64,000 nucleotides of DNA from Vicugna vicugna (GCA_013265495.1 MU058337.1:2076686-2140685); one strand, 5' to 3'; positions 49,746 through 63,887 are shown, counted from the first letter of the stretch. Notes: a model not told the origin generated them from the sequence alone. A program made the numbers and translations.

Positions 49746-52700
49746 CTTTCTTTCTCTTTATAATAACAGTATCAGGGTATGAATGTCTGGTCTACACTGG
49801 CATCCTCATACATGGCATTGTCCTGTCTGACCCTTGTGAGCAGCCACCAAGATGACTTTGATCTCATAAGCAACCTGACTTATGGCCCACACTGTCATCT
49901 GCAGGGGTGCTCGTCAGCCCAATCCTGCACCCTCTCCAAGGGTGCTGCCCACTCTCTGCTCATGTGCATTTCCTTCCCGAGGACACAGGAAATACTGGCT
50001 GCTTTCCAGGCGTTCTCTGGGACACCAGTGAATTTTGCAGGGCCAGCACAGGCCCCAGGACCTTGACACCAGACTCGACACCCTTGGCTTCCATGCCACG
50101 GCTTTTTTGAGAGCTCTTAGGTGGCTGCTTCTCTTCTTTCATCTCCGAGTAGCAAGTGGGATGTGATTGCTTTGTACTTTCATATCCCTAAACTTACCTA
50201 GGTTATGAGATCACTCCCCTTGACGTGATTCCTGACGATGGGGAAAGGAGGTGGGGAAGAGGAGGAGAACTCAACTGAAAGTCTCAGAGACCCCGTCGGA
50301 GCCGCGTCTGTCTGTCTGTAGCAAGTTGCATGCACATTATGCTGGGAATCCTTTCATATCAACAGGTCACACTTTGGAAACCTTTCTTTCAAATGGTGCT
50401 TGAAATTAATTCTTTTTCCTGCTGTGTCATTCCTCCCCAGAGCCGGTATCCTTGTAAGGCCTAAGGTATTAGCTAAAATGGGTTGCAGGAGCAGAAGAGA
50501 GACAAAAAACTGTAACTATAAATGCCTAGGTTAGCAGTTCCAAATAACCTTCTTGGAAGGACTGATGCGATATAGATTCAGATGTGTAGATACAGACTTA
50601 GAGCCTCTCTGATGCTCAGAGATCCTGGCAGCAGACCTTACACACTTCAGACATGGGTTGCATTAATGAAAATATAAAATACACCTTTCTACATATAATG
50701 GGATTTTTAACCCAGTTGGTTCAAAGAATCATAAAACTGAGTTAACTAGGTAGTTGTTTGAGTATTCTATTTTTATTTGATAAATAAAACGGCCACTAAA
50801 ATATTATGTTTCATAGGTAGGAGTTTGTCATTTAACTTGTTTCATTCACTTGTGAATGTTCACAACGTATCAGTAGGTGATAAAATTTCTATAGTAATTT
50901 CTATAGGTATAAAATGAAAGCTTTCAAAGTACTATTTTTCTCAGTGCCAGGTATTTAAGTCTTAAATGGCCAATTCTAAGGATACTTGAACTTATTGTTT
51001 TACAAATACTTTCTATAACACGTGAAAAATGACATTTATTAGCTCCCTGGTTATTTTCTTTATGATTGTGAACAATGTAGCCCAGGAAGGGAAGAAAGGG
51101 ATTGCATTTGAAAGCTAAAAAGCCTACAAATGATTAATTGGAAAAAAATGGCAAATGGGAGAAAAATGAGAGAAACAAAAGAATGAAATTAAACATTAAT
51201 AGAGTGAGAGGTGTAAAGGGCATTCAGAAAATAAACAATTCACATTTTCTCTTTTATGGGTTATTTTATCTCAGAAGTCTAAAAATACCATTTTTAAATT
51301 AACTAAGAAAAATATCTGAAGAGTTGTGACTATAATCTTAGAGGAGGTTGAAATTTATGATAAAGGGTATTTCATTTAGTAGTGGTCAGCATTAAGAATA
51401 AATTAAAAGTTTTATCAAAATAAGTGACATGATAAAAGTTGTTTTTTATTTGATTGCATCCATTCACTGCATAGATAATTACTGAGCATCCACTATGACC
51501 CTGGTTCAATGGTAAGTTTTGAACCAATCTTAAAATTGCATAGTGGGAAAAGCATAGCATTAGGGTCAAATTACTAAATCCTTCGAATCTTCTGTTTTAT
51601 CATTTGTAAAAGAGGATGATGACGGCGACAATAAAAAATGTCTCACTCACACACTTGGTGCATAAAACACCAAGCTAATGCATATAAAAGTGTTTATAAA
51701 CTGCTGATGAAAATAAAATGTAATCCAGTTCACATTTCAGTCTAAGACTTTTTTTCCCCTCCATCTCAAATTTTGCAAGTGTTGAAAATACCTAGATTGA
51801 GAGGGAAATATGTAGGCTGTGTTCATGTGAATTCTTGTTTGACTCAGGTTTTACCATTTCCACCCACCAAGCTCATTCAAGCCATTTTCATTTCCTTTAT
51901 TTCTGAAGTCTCTGATGCGATTTGATATCTATCTCCATTGAGTTGAATTGCACTTAGAAAATTATTTCTCTGTGCAGCTCTAAGAGAGCTTGGTGTCACG
52001 TGGGGCAGGTCTTACTGTAAGGCATTGTGACTCAAAAAGGAAAGCTGCTCATTATGCCAATTACACTTATGGGAAGCCAGGGAACCAAGTTTCTCATCCC
52101 TCTTGTGAATTCTTTCAGCAAATTAAATTATGGGCATGGAGACGTTTAATTAATGGAGTGCATTGCAACTTGGAATTGTAGCGTCTGTGCACAGAGAAAT
52201 CAGCGTATCGCAGTCTCTGAGATGTTTTCTACTTGGCCTTTCATCATGGATGCTATTCATAGCCCTCAATTTTCCAGAGGGGAGCATCTCACTGATGTCG
52301 AGTTAATATAAGATATTAACAACTTCTGAGTCTAGCATCATGCGTTGTGCTTAGATGTTTGATAACTGTGTTTGCTTAGAAGAAAATAGCTTGTAAAGAT
52401 TGTAGAGCATGCTCATCGTACACATTATTTTCCCAGTAGATTTGGCCAACAAGGAACTATGATACTTTTATGTCACTGATGATGGAGTAGCTTGTAGCTT
52501 CTCTCTCTCTGTGCTGCAGGATCGAAGCTAACTGGATTAGCAAAAATAAGATGAACCACTCTGAAATATTTCTGTTGCTAAGTGTACAAAAGTTGAGCTT
52601 AGCAAATGTTTATTGGGTTTGTGTTTCACACAAAGCACTTTCTGAGGCATCCTGGTTTATAAAGCTGAGAAGATTTAAACTTGGCAACTCATTGTGGGCT

Positions 52701-53549
52701 AAGAGAGAGGAAATGTACACATTAATTCCTGCATATTCACATGATCAGTGCCTTAGCAGAGATGTCTGAAGTGGAAATATAGATTCATGGAAATCTAGAC
52801 TCAAAAGCAATTATGGCCATCAGAGGAAGTGGTGGACTCCTGGAGACAAGGACCAGGAAAAATGATGTGGTCCAAATGACATTCCATCTAAGAGAATGAC
52901 TTAAGCCAAACTATGGACGTATAAAAAATGAGTCTCATTTCTGAGCAGACTGAGCAGTCTAGTTGGGACTGTGATTAGAGATGGAGCCTCAAACGGACAC
53001 TGGCAGAGCCCGAAGGCTCTGCTTGGGAATTCGAGTATTTGTGTCACAAGTACCCCTTAAGATGTTATAAAGGAGAGTGACAAGACTGCACCTGTCTTTA
53101 TAAAATCAGTGATCTCATCCGAATGGAGAATGTTGGGGGAAGAAGAGGAGGAGTATCCTCTGCAGGACAGTGGACGAGCATGGGAGTGACCTGAAGTCCT
53201 GACCAAGGATGATGGAAGTCTGGACAGTGGCAGTGGGTGTGGAGAAGACAGAGCAGCAGTGCACACCTGTATCCACTTTCCTTCCTTCTCGGTAACAGGA
53301 CCTGTCTCCTGACAGACCACCCCTTCCTCCATGGTCACCTGTGTGGTCTGAGGAAGTTGACTCTGACCGTTCTCCAACTGGAGGAGCAAGTGCTGAAGAA
53401 CGAGCCAGTCTGCATGTTTTCATTACCAAGATACTATCAAGGGATCAGCAGTAGATAAATGCAATTGGAACAAATCTCAGGACATCCTAGGAACTGAAAC
53501 GAATAGTACACCTTAAACATTTTTTACATCTTCGCACTTCTTCATCATT

Positions 53550-53765
53550 ATTTCCATTTACTCACATAAACTCCATTATACTACTGTATCGTAATTCATT
53601 TTAATCCATCCTGCTATTGTGGCCATTTAGGAATTTGTCTTCATATTTTTCTCTGTTATGAACAAGCCTACAGTGAACGTCCTTATAGAAAATGTATAAT
53701 CATGTTCTTAGGATAAATTTTCAGGCTGGGTTTATTACAGGATCAAAGTGGGCTATGTAATTGTC
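53550..53765 (-). mobile_element. Ancient L1ME fragment
   Basis: tccatcctgctattgtggccatttagga...tgttatgaacaagcctacagtgaacgtcctt...cttaggataaatt...ggatcaaag. Confidence 0.65.
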
Positions 53766-54519
53766 TTTTATATGAAAGCAAAAGTTCCAGATTATCTGAC
53801 TCTGACAGAGCTAACATCCTGTCATTACAGCAGCTGACTTATAATTGGATCCATCCAAGTAATGTTTTTATAAACCAAAAACATATTTACAAGACTGGAG
53901 TCTGAAGTGGCTTCCCCTCTCTGCACTGTTTCATAAAGACAAGGCTCAACCAGAATGTGAAACAGTGATGGTCACACAGGAGATTTTCAGAATGGAGTCC
54001 AGCCAATTAGCAAGCAAATTTAAGACTGAAAAATTCCCTTTGCCTTCCCCTCCACAATCTATTAATGTCAAAATCCTATTTATCTATCTTTCAAAAGACA
54101 ACGAAATATGAATGGCAATTCACAAAAGCTTCTTTATCTGGAAGTAATCTTTTTTTCCTGCTTCCTTGGTTTTTACTTCCTTAGTACAATTTTCTTTTTC
54201 TAGGACCATCTCCTCATCTCCGTCCTCAAACGTTTGCTTGGAAAGGATGGTGCCTTTGCACACGTGTCCTCCATGACCCCATCTTCCACATATTTCTCAG
54301 CCCAGACACTACTTTTTCACCTACCATTCTTTCTCAAGTGACCATGAAATAGCAGCAGTTAAGAGGCCCCCTGTCCTTGCCACTGGGCTGGGACAGTGGA
54401 GAAAGGGTATCATTCATGTGCTTAGTGAGTACTTCGGTTCTTTGGATGTCCAGTGTCTCAGCTTTCTAAGTGTGCCTTAGAACAAAGAAAGAAAGACAGA
54501 TGGAAGGAAAGAAAGCGGA

Positions 54520-54896
54520 GATACTTTCTCTCCAGGACGTGGCTAGCCCCAGCAAGTCTAGGAGACCTAAGTGTGTCCAGGGGAATGACTCTGTGGGTCT
54601 TTGCATATAGGATGGCAAGCAGAGACTTAGTGTTTATTCCACCAGAGTTGGCAGCTCCCTGGTCCAGAGACAGCAGTTGGTTGGTGATCTAGGTCTTGCG
54701 GCAACCCTACATGACTTCAGTATTTTCCGTGTGTGACTTTCATTTTTGTTAGCTCACCTTCTGTCCGAACCTGGGTCCTCAATTCTGGTTGTCTGGGTTC
54801 CCTGTTGATTCTCTGAGTTACCTGTATGCCTATGATTACTTTCTTTCTGTTAACTGAGTTCATTTCTTTTGTTCCACACAGTAACCCTGATGGACA
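54520..54896 (+). mobile_element. Probable MLT1 LTR remnant
   Basis: 3' end taactgagttcatttcttttgttccacacagtaaccctgatggaca resembles an MLT1 terminus. Confidence 0.45.
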
Positions 54897-55806
54897 AAGG
54901 GTTGGCTTTGTGTGGCCAGAATAGCAGGCTTATGTCTTCATATTTCTTGGGAATAACCAGACCTAAGTTCAGAGTCTTGATAGAATAAGAAACTGCACAG
55001 GAATTTCTGTGACACATCTCATAGACTAAAAACGGGTGGTAGCTAGATTTCTGAAAAATTGGAGCTACAGAGTAGCACGTTCATTATCATTTTAGATCTA
55101 ATGTGCCCCAGGAAGCATCTTTTCTGATGGAATAACGTTACCATCTTAGACTAATTGAGTGTCTTGTAAAACAAAATACAGTGGTGGCATTACTTTAACC
55201 CTATCTCATCTGAAATTATTCAGCGTGAATTTTTAAGTCCTCCCCCCCTTTTTTGAAAAGTACTATCCCTTGTTGGAATTGATGCCCCACGAATTACAAA
55301 CTTTTAAAATTTAGTATCTTTTTCATATTTCTTCAGCAACTTTACCATCTCAGATTCCCAGTGACCTCGCACGGACGTCTGGATCAAGCCAGTTATTCCA
55401 TCTTTCTCATGCGACACGTGAGCAAGTGCCCATAAACAATGACACCTGCTGTTTGCCAGCTGCGCTGCTCTCTGGGAGAAGGTGGAGTAATCTTATGTTT
55501 TGTGACTAGTGGAACTCAAACAGAAATCTGGAATCTTCTTTCCCATCATCCTCTTCTGATTGCCTATTTACAGTCTCAAGTTGTTAAAGAGCAAACTTGG
55601 TATGATCGTTAACTGATAGTACTTTTTATAAAAATAATTATCTCACTATTTCACTGTCTGTTTACTTTCGTCTTCAAATGCCAACTCTCACCATTTGGCA
55701 GACAGAATAGTCTCACTAGGAAGATGGATTTTCTCAAAGTTCAACAGATTTTTCTGAGAAGAAAAAAATAATGACTTGGAATTTATCATAAAATTGTAAT
55801 AAAACA

Positions 55807-55902
55807 GAGTGTGGGTACAGCTCAGTGGAAGAGTGCATGCTTAGCATGTACGAGATCCTGGGTTCAATCCCCAGTACCTCCATTAAAAACAATTTTGTTT
55901 TT
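55807..55902 (+). mobile_element. Camelid-type tRNA-derived SINE
   Basis: gggtacagctcagtggaagagtgcatgcttagcatgtacgagatcctgggttcaatccccagtacctcca. TSD aaattgtaataaaaca (55791) / aagttgtaacaaaaca (55903). Confidence 0.93.
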
Positions 55903-57131
55903 AAGTTGTAACAAAACATAAATATCATATGATTTTCTGAAGATAATGATTAAATTAGTTTCTTTCAATTATTTCACTTCAGCCATAATCGTGTGGGCTA
56001 CAAATACTTAAAAATTAAAATGATTTATTGTATGTTAATGAAAGGCTGTTTCTTGCCAGCAGGAAGGGAGACAGGAGAAAAGATCCTGAATAGATCTCAG
56101 CTTTCACTCACTAGCTGGAACTTTTACACGAAACGATATCAATGCTGGTTTCAAATGACACTAAATACTCTTGTTACCTGGACATGATGAAATTGCATCG
56201 CTCAGACACCTCGGGTGCTACAGAGACAGTCAGGGCTACTGAAGTAGGTAAGGCCAGGCGGAAGGAAAAAGTGCACCTTTAAACTGGCAGGTATACTGTT
56301 ATAAGTAATTTAATATGTTTTCTTCTTTTCAAATCAAATTTGAAAATTACTGCCTAAAAAGTTGGTATAGAATTTTTAAAAAGAAAACTACTAAATGTAA
56401 TCTTAAAGAAGTGAAATATTTGCTATGCCACATTGAGGGAGCTCAGTGGCTTGGAATCAGCCTAGAGGGTGATAGGGCCTTAAGGCAATAAAATCGAACC
56501 ACAAAATAAGGTTTCTGAAGGATAGAGTTTCCGGCTAATACAGCGTTTAGCCTGTTCAATTCACTCTAAATTAGAGCTCATTACTCTTCATGATACATTT
56601 GATTGCTCTCAAATTCTCAGTAAATGTACCATGAAAGGAGCAATGCTATTGCTTTTGATCAGCAACCAAAGCTTGGGACTAACTGAGACGTCACTCATCT
56701 CTGGGCACCAGGAGGAGTCGGGACAGGAGAGCGCTCAGAAGCCACTGACCTTGAAAGGACTCAGAAAAAGGGCGAAAGAAGCGAAGCACACAAACAACGA
56801 ACAGTCTTATGCTGGCGTCACTCTTTGAGAGTTCAGGGCTCTCACTGATAGGGTCCATCATTCACATCTCTCTTTTGTTTCTCCATTTCCTTCTTTTGTG
56901 CTCACTAATACAGGACACATATTTCCTCCACCCCAAGAAAATGAACAAGCCACTGCAAAGACATTTAATTATTTTCCAAATATAGGCTGCCCCCGCCAGA
57001 TAGCTCTGTTCGAACCCTCCTTCTGTTGCCACAATTCAGTGGAAGTTGGGGACAAATATGGAAAGGAGGGTTATGTAGAAGCAGTAGACTGATGAGTGTC
57101 GATATTAATCTATCTCCATTACATACGTATT

Positions 57132-57405
57132 TAGTCATATATAAAATGTCAATATTATGTCTACACATGTAGAGTCAGTATATAAAATATCAATAGTATA
57201 AATATACACATATAATAATCAGTATATAAAATATCAAAATGTTTATATATACAAATAAAATCAGCATATAAAATATCAGTATTTTGTATGCACACATATA
57301 TAATCAGTATCTAAAATATCTATATTTGTATATATACAAACATAATCAGTATATGAAATATCAATATTTTGTATACACACATATAAAATCAATATCTATT
57401 TATAC
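57132..57405. repeat. AT-rich minisatellite, ~42-44 bp unit, about 6 copies
   Basis: Recurring aatcagtatataaaatatca core at ~57173, 57217, 57259, 57302, 57344, 57387. Confidence 0.88.
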
Positions 57406-58739
57406 TTATCTATATATTTTTGTACTAGCATGCAGTTGGAAGCCCTCGGTCTTCCTCTGGTGCATCCTCTTTAATGGCGGCAGCTTGCATCTCCTCAGGC
57501 TGCCTGTGTAAAGGCATAATGAATTTTTGCTGCTGTGAGAAAGTTTGGTGGAATAATTATATTCTCTTGCAAACGTAATTTCTGTGTGCTTGCTGTGGCC
57601 ATAAGGAATATGGAAGGAATAAGGAATCCTGTTCTTATGAAATTACAGACCCATTGAAGTTACATTTCATGACAGACTGTTTTAAATCCTAAAAAGATAT
57701 TTTCTGCTTTTACGTTATTTTTTCTCACTCATTCAATCAAGTTACCCTCATACGCAAAAGAAGTTTTCTGAAAAGCACAGATTCCTGCAGGAGTGGGCTA
57801 CTCCCACCTGGCGGACTGCAGGGAAACACCCTCATCACACAGCACATCAACTCCTGGCCCTCCGATGGCCCTGGGTCTCCCTCAGAGGAACCGTGGGCTT
57901 CACTGCTTATTGGATACTAGGAATGCAGACCCTCACTGGTTTCTTTGCCTGAAAAGCTAGAGTCTAAACAGTCTGTTCTGGGCTTCCTCTTGGTATTGCT
58001 CTTGAGCGCTCTGATCTTCCGTTGATCTTCCACCACCAGACTTTGCCTCTAAGTTTTCATGGTATTCTGTTTCCTTTCCGAATCTCCACGGTCACTACAT
58101 CCTTTACAGTTCCACGTTGTCTTCACAATGCCTTACAAAGGCTACTTACAAAGTTGATACATAGGTTATTTTCTATTTGGCACCATCTATTAGCAGATCA
58201 AATGTGTCACATGTACTTATTAAAACAGGTTTATTTCTCCCCATTGTGTCTCACAATGTACAATCAAACATGTTTTTCAAGATATGCAACAAGGAGATAA
58301 GAATTAGCAAATGTAAAAGAATATTGCAATGTTAAATACAGTATAAATATTTATTTAAAAAATTGGGAAGAAACTAAAATTGCAATCAAGTTTGAGGCAC
58401 AAGGAAATCTTGGAGGACTGAGGAGCCCAGATCTTCATGGAAAGGTAACAAAGCTGAGGCTTTTTTTAAAAGAGAAATTTTCTTTATTTCTTATATTATG
58501 GTAGAGAGATTGCTATGATAGGTGAAATTCTTTCCTTTGTGCTCTTCCTAGAGTTGGATTAACCCGCTTGCACAGCCTCACTGATGTTATCCCCAGGTGA
58601 TGTCCTTCGTGATTTAATGACAGCAAATTTACAAAAGCTCTGGGGAAAGTAGGAATATTGTGGACAAGTGGGCTCTGAGATTCTCTCCCTTGAGAAATTT
58701 CTACTGATCTTGATTCTTTAGTAATAGGTAAACATGACG

Positions 58740-58880
58740 ACAATTACTGGGAAACCTGTTAAATTCCAGATGCATATCACTACCACAAATACTCTGATTT
58801 AATTATGTGTTGAATGGGGCCTGGAGGTCAGCACTTTTAACAAGTATCCCAGGTGATTCTGCTTGGAAGAACACCATCCT
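58740..58880 (+). mobile_element. MER5-like DNA transposon remnant
   Basis: ctctgatttaatt...tggggcctggaggtcagcacttttaacaagtatcccaggtgattct. Confidence 0.7.
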
Positions 58881-61529
58881 AGTGTAGAAAAAGTTCTTAT
58901 CACCAAGTTCATTATCATTTTTCAGTGCTTTATTAGCAGTCTAGACATTCGCATCTGGCAAGTGATCTTGTCATTATTATCTTTAACTGCGTGCCCACCC
59001 TACTTAGGACAGTTCCTTTAAATAGAGGAACGGAGCAATGTTCTGTAAGAAATGTAGCATGTGCACTGGTGCCAGAGACTCTGGAAAGTTCTCTAAGACC
59101 AACGGGGGTTTCGCCCTTAAAAACAACTGGCAAATAATGGGTTAAATAAAGTGAAACTGGCTCCTGGCTGTGGATGACCTCAGAATATGAATAAAGACAC
59201 AATTAGAGATTGTTAAGAATCTCCAGTAGGAGATTATTGTATTTGGTTCTTCCCAAATGTGTTTGGTCACAGAAACACACGTCTTTTGAGAGTTACCCTA
59301 CAGAGAAAGTAAGCTTGGAAATACTGCAAAAAAAAAAAAAAAAAGGAGATGCTCAGACAGGGAAGGCGCTGCTGACACCTCCCCTTTACCCCCTTCATGC
59401 TGCATCCGTTTATTATAAAGAGTCATCAGCTCTATAGTAAAAAGTTTGCCACGGGCCCTGCTGGGGCACTGCTGGTGCAGAGGACACGTGGAAGGGACCA
59501 GGGAGTAAATAGTTTAGGTGTCATGGGACGCCATGGATGGAGGCAGATGAGTGGACCTGGCTGCTTCCAATTAAACTTTATTTAGAAAACCAGGCCACAG
59601 GCTGCCTGTGGTCTGGAGGTTGTACCTTGCTGCCCCCTGGTCTAGAGCTGGATAGCCAACGTCCTGAGAAACCTGCTTTCCTTCCTCTTCTCCAGAGTGT
59701 TTGTTTCCTCCCTAGAAAAATGAAATTGGGGAATCAGTGCACATGAGCTCAGATATTTATTGCAAACATACTTGCAGACTAATTGTTTATTCCTTCATCC
59801 CCGCCCATTTGTTGAGCACCTACCACGTGGCGGAAGCACGGATGCTGTCTCCCCATCTGATGCTGGCTCGTGTTTCCTACTAGACTGTGAGAACGTTATT
59901 GCACTTTAGTGGATGCCTTGAGTCTCAGTTTGGGATAATGACAGATACTTCAAGTGAGGTTTGTATTGGGGGTTTTAGCAGCTGCTACACAGACTGCTCA
60001 TCTTCAGTTCACAGCTAGGTCTCAGTTCTTTGTAACCTGAACCTATGAAGCAGACGATTTTTAAAGTGGAGAGCTTTACACTTATCCATGGTCTCTTTCT
60101 TTTGCTAAGTTTGGGCAGATATTTTTGTGGCTTTCCCCATAGTCTACCTACATGTACTATCTCATTCAGATTTTAAGAAAAAGCTATCCAATACTTCCTG
60201 ACACCCTTTACAATAAATACCTTCTGTATGGTTAGTTCACAGCAGATCTTCAGTATTCACTGAATGGATTAATGTTACATTGTTTCAATCCATCTATAGG
60301 CTACTTTGATAAGCATAACACTTGTTCTCATTTCTGAAGTGGTGTATTTATTCCCATATTTCTTTTGATCTGGGTCATTTTGCAAAAGACATGGGGTGAA
60401 AGGAAGGCTGTGAAATGTTCTCTTGGCAGATCAAGGATACACATAAAATAATATATTGATTTTTTTCTCATTGAATCTCTACTAATGCATATAAAAGTCA
60501 TTTACTATCATTAACTACTCAGAAACAAATGATAACTGAAAAGGTAAACATTGGGCATATTAAGGTAAAAAGTAATGATTTGAAAAAGTTAATTCCATTT
60601 CCGTGTAGAGAACTTCTATGCCTCTATCTTAAAATCCTTGCCTTGGAGGTGTTCTTCTATGATAAAGACTGAATTTTGTTTTTCTAGAGTTGATCCCTTG
60701 GACAAACATTTTCTTTTCTGAAAATAAAGTGAAATCTATTTAAACCTTAATGAAGGTAAGGGTCAATCTCTATATGTTACTTGAGGGAAGCCATATATAT
60801 ATAGTTTTAAATAGATTGTTAAGAGGGAAATGTACAAAAGAATAGAAGTGATCTTTGTTGTTATAGAAAAACACATAGGTTGATGTCACATTCTATTGTA
60901 AGAGCACAGCCATCAACACCTCTGCACTCAGAGCCTCCCATTATTTTTCTCTTAGGAGATGGATGCCGAGTCAATCTTTCACAAATCTCACCTGAGGTTG
61001 GGTTTAAGCAGGATTTACTCTTTGTGAAGTGAACATTTTTGATGGGTTTTCAAAAGCCTTAATTTCCTTTTTAGATTTCCACCAGTAATTTGGCAGAAAT
61101 AAGACATTCTTCTCTTAATTATATTTATATCTCTGTATTTCCTAAGTGGTATTTATTATATTTCCTTCTCAAGAAGGAATTTTTTTACCCTCTTAAAATT
61201 ATTCAAACAATAGGTCAAAAGCTAGGAACAATGAAAAAGCCACACTCAGCATAATTTCCTCCAACAATGCTTGACTTCTCCCGAGTTCTTCACTGCATTT
61301 GCCAAAGGGGACTTAAGCTAGGGGAGCCATTTCTTGTAGCTTTTTCATTACTGTTTTGCTTTAGAATTAAGGGTGGTTGTACCATAGTCCCCAACAACAT
61401 CTTGAATAAAGTTCACTGTGCACAAAAGTGCTTTCCACTCAATTTTAAAATAAAGTATAGGATACTTAATTTCCTATGTTGTTCTAAAATGTGCACATTC
61501 CCCAAAATGGCCCCAAATTTGAGTGCCTA

Positions 61530-61800
61530 TGGGGAGGAGATGTTCTGATGCCTTCTTACATGGGATCTATTCAGTAGAAACTTTAGAGGGCAATTTAGCC
61601 AATTCATTCCAAGGATAAAACATGCATACCTTTTATTCTGCAATTCCACCTCTAGGAATTTATCTTACTGAAACTTAGATACAAGTGGCAACTATATGTT
61701 TAAGGACAGTCATTAAAGCATTTCAATAACAAAAACTGGAAATGGGCTGTCTTTACAGTAGTAAGAGGGTTAAATAAATGATGGTGTATCAAGGAAAGGT
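61530..61800 (+). mobile_element. Ancient L1ME fragment
   Basis: catgcataccttttattctgcaattccacctctaggaatttatc...aaaaactggaaa...ggttaaataaatgatggtgtatc. Confidence 0.75.
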
Positions 61801-62107
61801 AGTCGCAGTAAGATACCTGGGACAAATTTAGAGGAAGGAAGAACCAACCACACACACATACACTCAGCCTTAAAAACAAAAACAAACAAAAAGGTTGAAG
61901 ACAATTAATCCACCAGATATTTTAAAAACAGCCAGTGGAATTCTAACAATGAGATGGTCTATTACTGTATATCTTATATTACAGGATATATCCGTTTACC
62001 TCAACTAGATGATCTGCACTTTTCTACACATAAAATGTCAGCTGTTCATTCACACTTAATCATGTTTTTGTGAAAGTTGCAAAACAGTGAAAATTTTCTC
62101 TGTCCCT

Positions 62108-62138
62108 GTAAGAAGCACTTCAGTAAGAAGCACTTCAG
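62108..62138. repeat. 15-bp tandem duplication
   Basis: gtaagaagcacttca twice. Confidence 0.9.
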
Positions 62139-62439
62139 CCCTCCAGGTAAGCCTCCTGCAAACAAATGAAAACAATAACAAAAAACCCCTGCAGTGTGGC
62201 CTGCTCGGGACCCTCCGTGTTTCTCTGCTCAAGGTCAGCGCGGCCTTTTGGAGTTACTGCCACCGATTCTGGACCTCACTCCCATCTCTACGGTAGGGGT
62301 TTACTTATGCTGAGTTATGTTCCCCCAAAGCCCCATCCTTGGAGGTCATGCTTCATGTCATGGTGAAGAGAGCAGGTCTTTGAAACTAGAGCATCCTGGG
62401 ATTAGATCCCAAACTCATCTCTTACTGGGTAACTCAATG

Positions 62440-62606
62440 TCTGCCATCAGCTAGGACATTTGTTACAGTCCCTGAACCTATGTTGACACCATTATCACCC
62501 TAAACCCACAGTTTGCTTTCGGGTTCACTCTTGGTATTGTACAGTCTATAGGTTTGGACAAATACATAATGACACGCATTCTCCGTTATGGGTCATACAG
62601 AACCAG
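62440..62606 (-). mobile_element. L1MC-type 3'UTR fragment (antisense)
   Basis: Reverse strand reads tgtcattatgtatttgtccaaacctatagactgtacaataccaagagtgaaccc...tgtaacaaatgt. Confidence 0.8.
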
Positions 62607-62687
62607 CTGTCTTTTCACTCAACTATCACCTTCGTGGAAGGGCTGCTACTCACTGGCCAACTTAGCTCTGTCAGTAAAAGGACAGCG

Positions 62688-62808
62688 GGTTCATCCGGTG
62701 GGGGATGTTGATAGTGGAGGATGTTTTGAGTGTGAAGGGGGCAGGGAATATGTGGGAAATCTCTGTATTTTCCTAAAACTGCTCTAAGAAATAGTCTATT
62801 TTAAAAAA
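62688..62808 (+). mobile_element. L1MC-type 3' terminus (sense) with short A tail
   Basis: ggtgggggatgttgatagtggagg...gggaaatctctgta...cctaaaactgctctaagaaatagtctattttaaaaaa. Confidence 0.82.
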
Positions 62809-62811
62809 GGA

Positions 62812-63190
62812 AGAAGATAACTGGCAGCCTTGTGGACATTAAACCACAGGGAGAGAAGGCAGAAGCACAAAGACGTGTTGGGCAATTACAGCAACCATCT
62901 AGGTGAGAAATCATGGTGCCTTTTATCAGAGAGTAGGTGTGGAGGATCTAAGAAGTATTAGATTCTGGACTATTTTGAAGACAGAATGGTATATATATTT
63001 TTAATAGATTGAATGAGTTGTATAAGAGGAAATGAGATGTTAAGATGACTACTTTAGCCTGAGCGCCTGGAAGAATTGAGATGCAGTTTACTAAGAGGGG
63101 AGCTTTGGGGGAGGATTGGTTTTGGGGACAAACATAAAGAGTTTAGTTTTGTACATAAATTTGAGATATGGCACATTTGAGAAATTAAGG
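62812..63190 (-). mobile_element. L2 fragment
   Basis: ctaggtgagaaatcatggtgcc...gattctggactattttgaag...taagatgactactttagcctgagc...gagtttagttttgtacat. Confidence 0.75.
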
Positions 63191-63887
63191 TAATTCCCCA
63201 AGGTTGCAATATTACTGCAACTGAAAAAAATAGAGACATAGATAGAAAAAGAGATTGGATTGGAATGGAATATATATAGAAATTTTGACAGTGATTCATT
63301 GTTAGTAAAATTATAGGTGAAAATTTTGCCTACTTTTCTAGATTTTCTCAGTTATATATTATTTTTATGTTGGGAGTTAAAAAAAGTAAATAAAAGGAAA
63401 CAAATGAGGAAGAAACAAATGTATCATTTTAGGAATATTGTGGTTTACAAATCTAGGCTCATATGCAACCACTTCACAATAGCCTCATGTCAAGTCTCCT
63501 AGCGTGAAAAGAAAAGAAAAGAAAGGCGGGGCATTACTCCCTTAAATCTTGAACATATTTTGTCAGTTTATAATTTTTTAATGTTATAAAAAACACTGGA
63601 TAGACCACTTTATAACTAAAAACTTACTACCTTTCAAAAGTTAATTATTCTTATTTATAGTTTTGCATTTTAGCAAGGTACAAATTTACCTATAGATCTG
63701 AGTTTTTCAAACCAAGGTTAGTCAAAACCTGGAGCTTGCTCACAAGTGCCTTTGACCCACAGAAATGGGCAGTTAAGGCAGTTGGAGGAGGGGCTTTCAG
63801 ACTCTGACCACTGCCTTTACCTAGACCAGCTGCACTTTTCATCTGCCGTCTTTTACAGTGAATTGCTGTGCAAAGTTTTTTTCTTCC

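Noticed and set aside
55807..55885. tRNA gene (also at 30.6 and 63.9 kb)
   Set aside because: A and B boxes are present, but A-rich tails, TSDs (two copies) and divergence identify these as SINEs.
57132..57405. CRISPR-like repeat-spacer pattern
   Set aside because: The apparent spacers resemble each other, the repeats are degenerate, no cas genes are present and the context is mammalian; it is a minisatellite.
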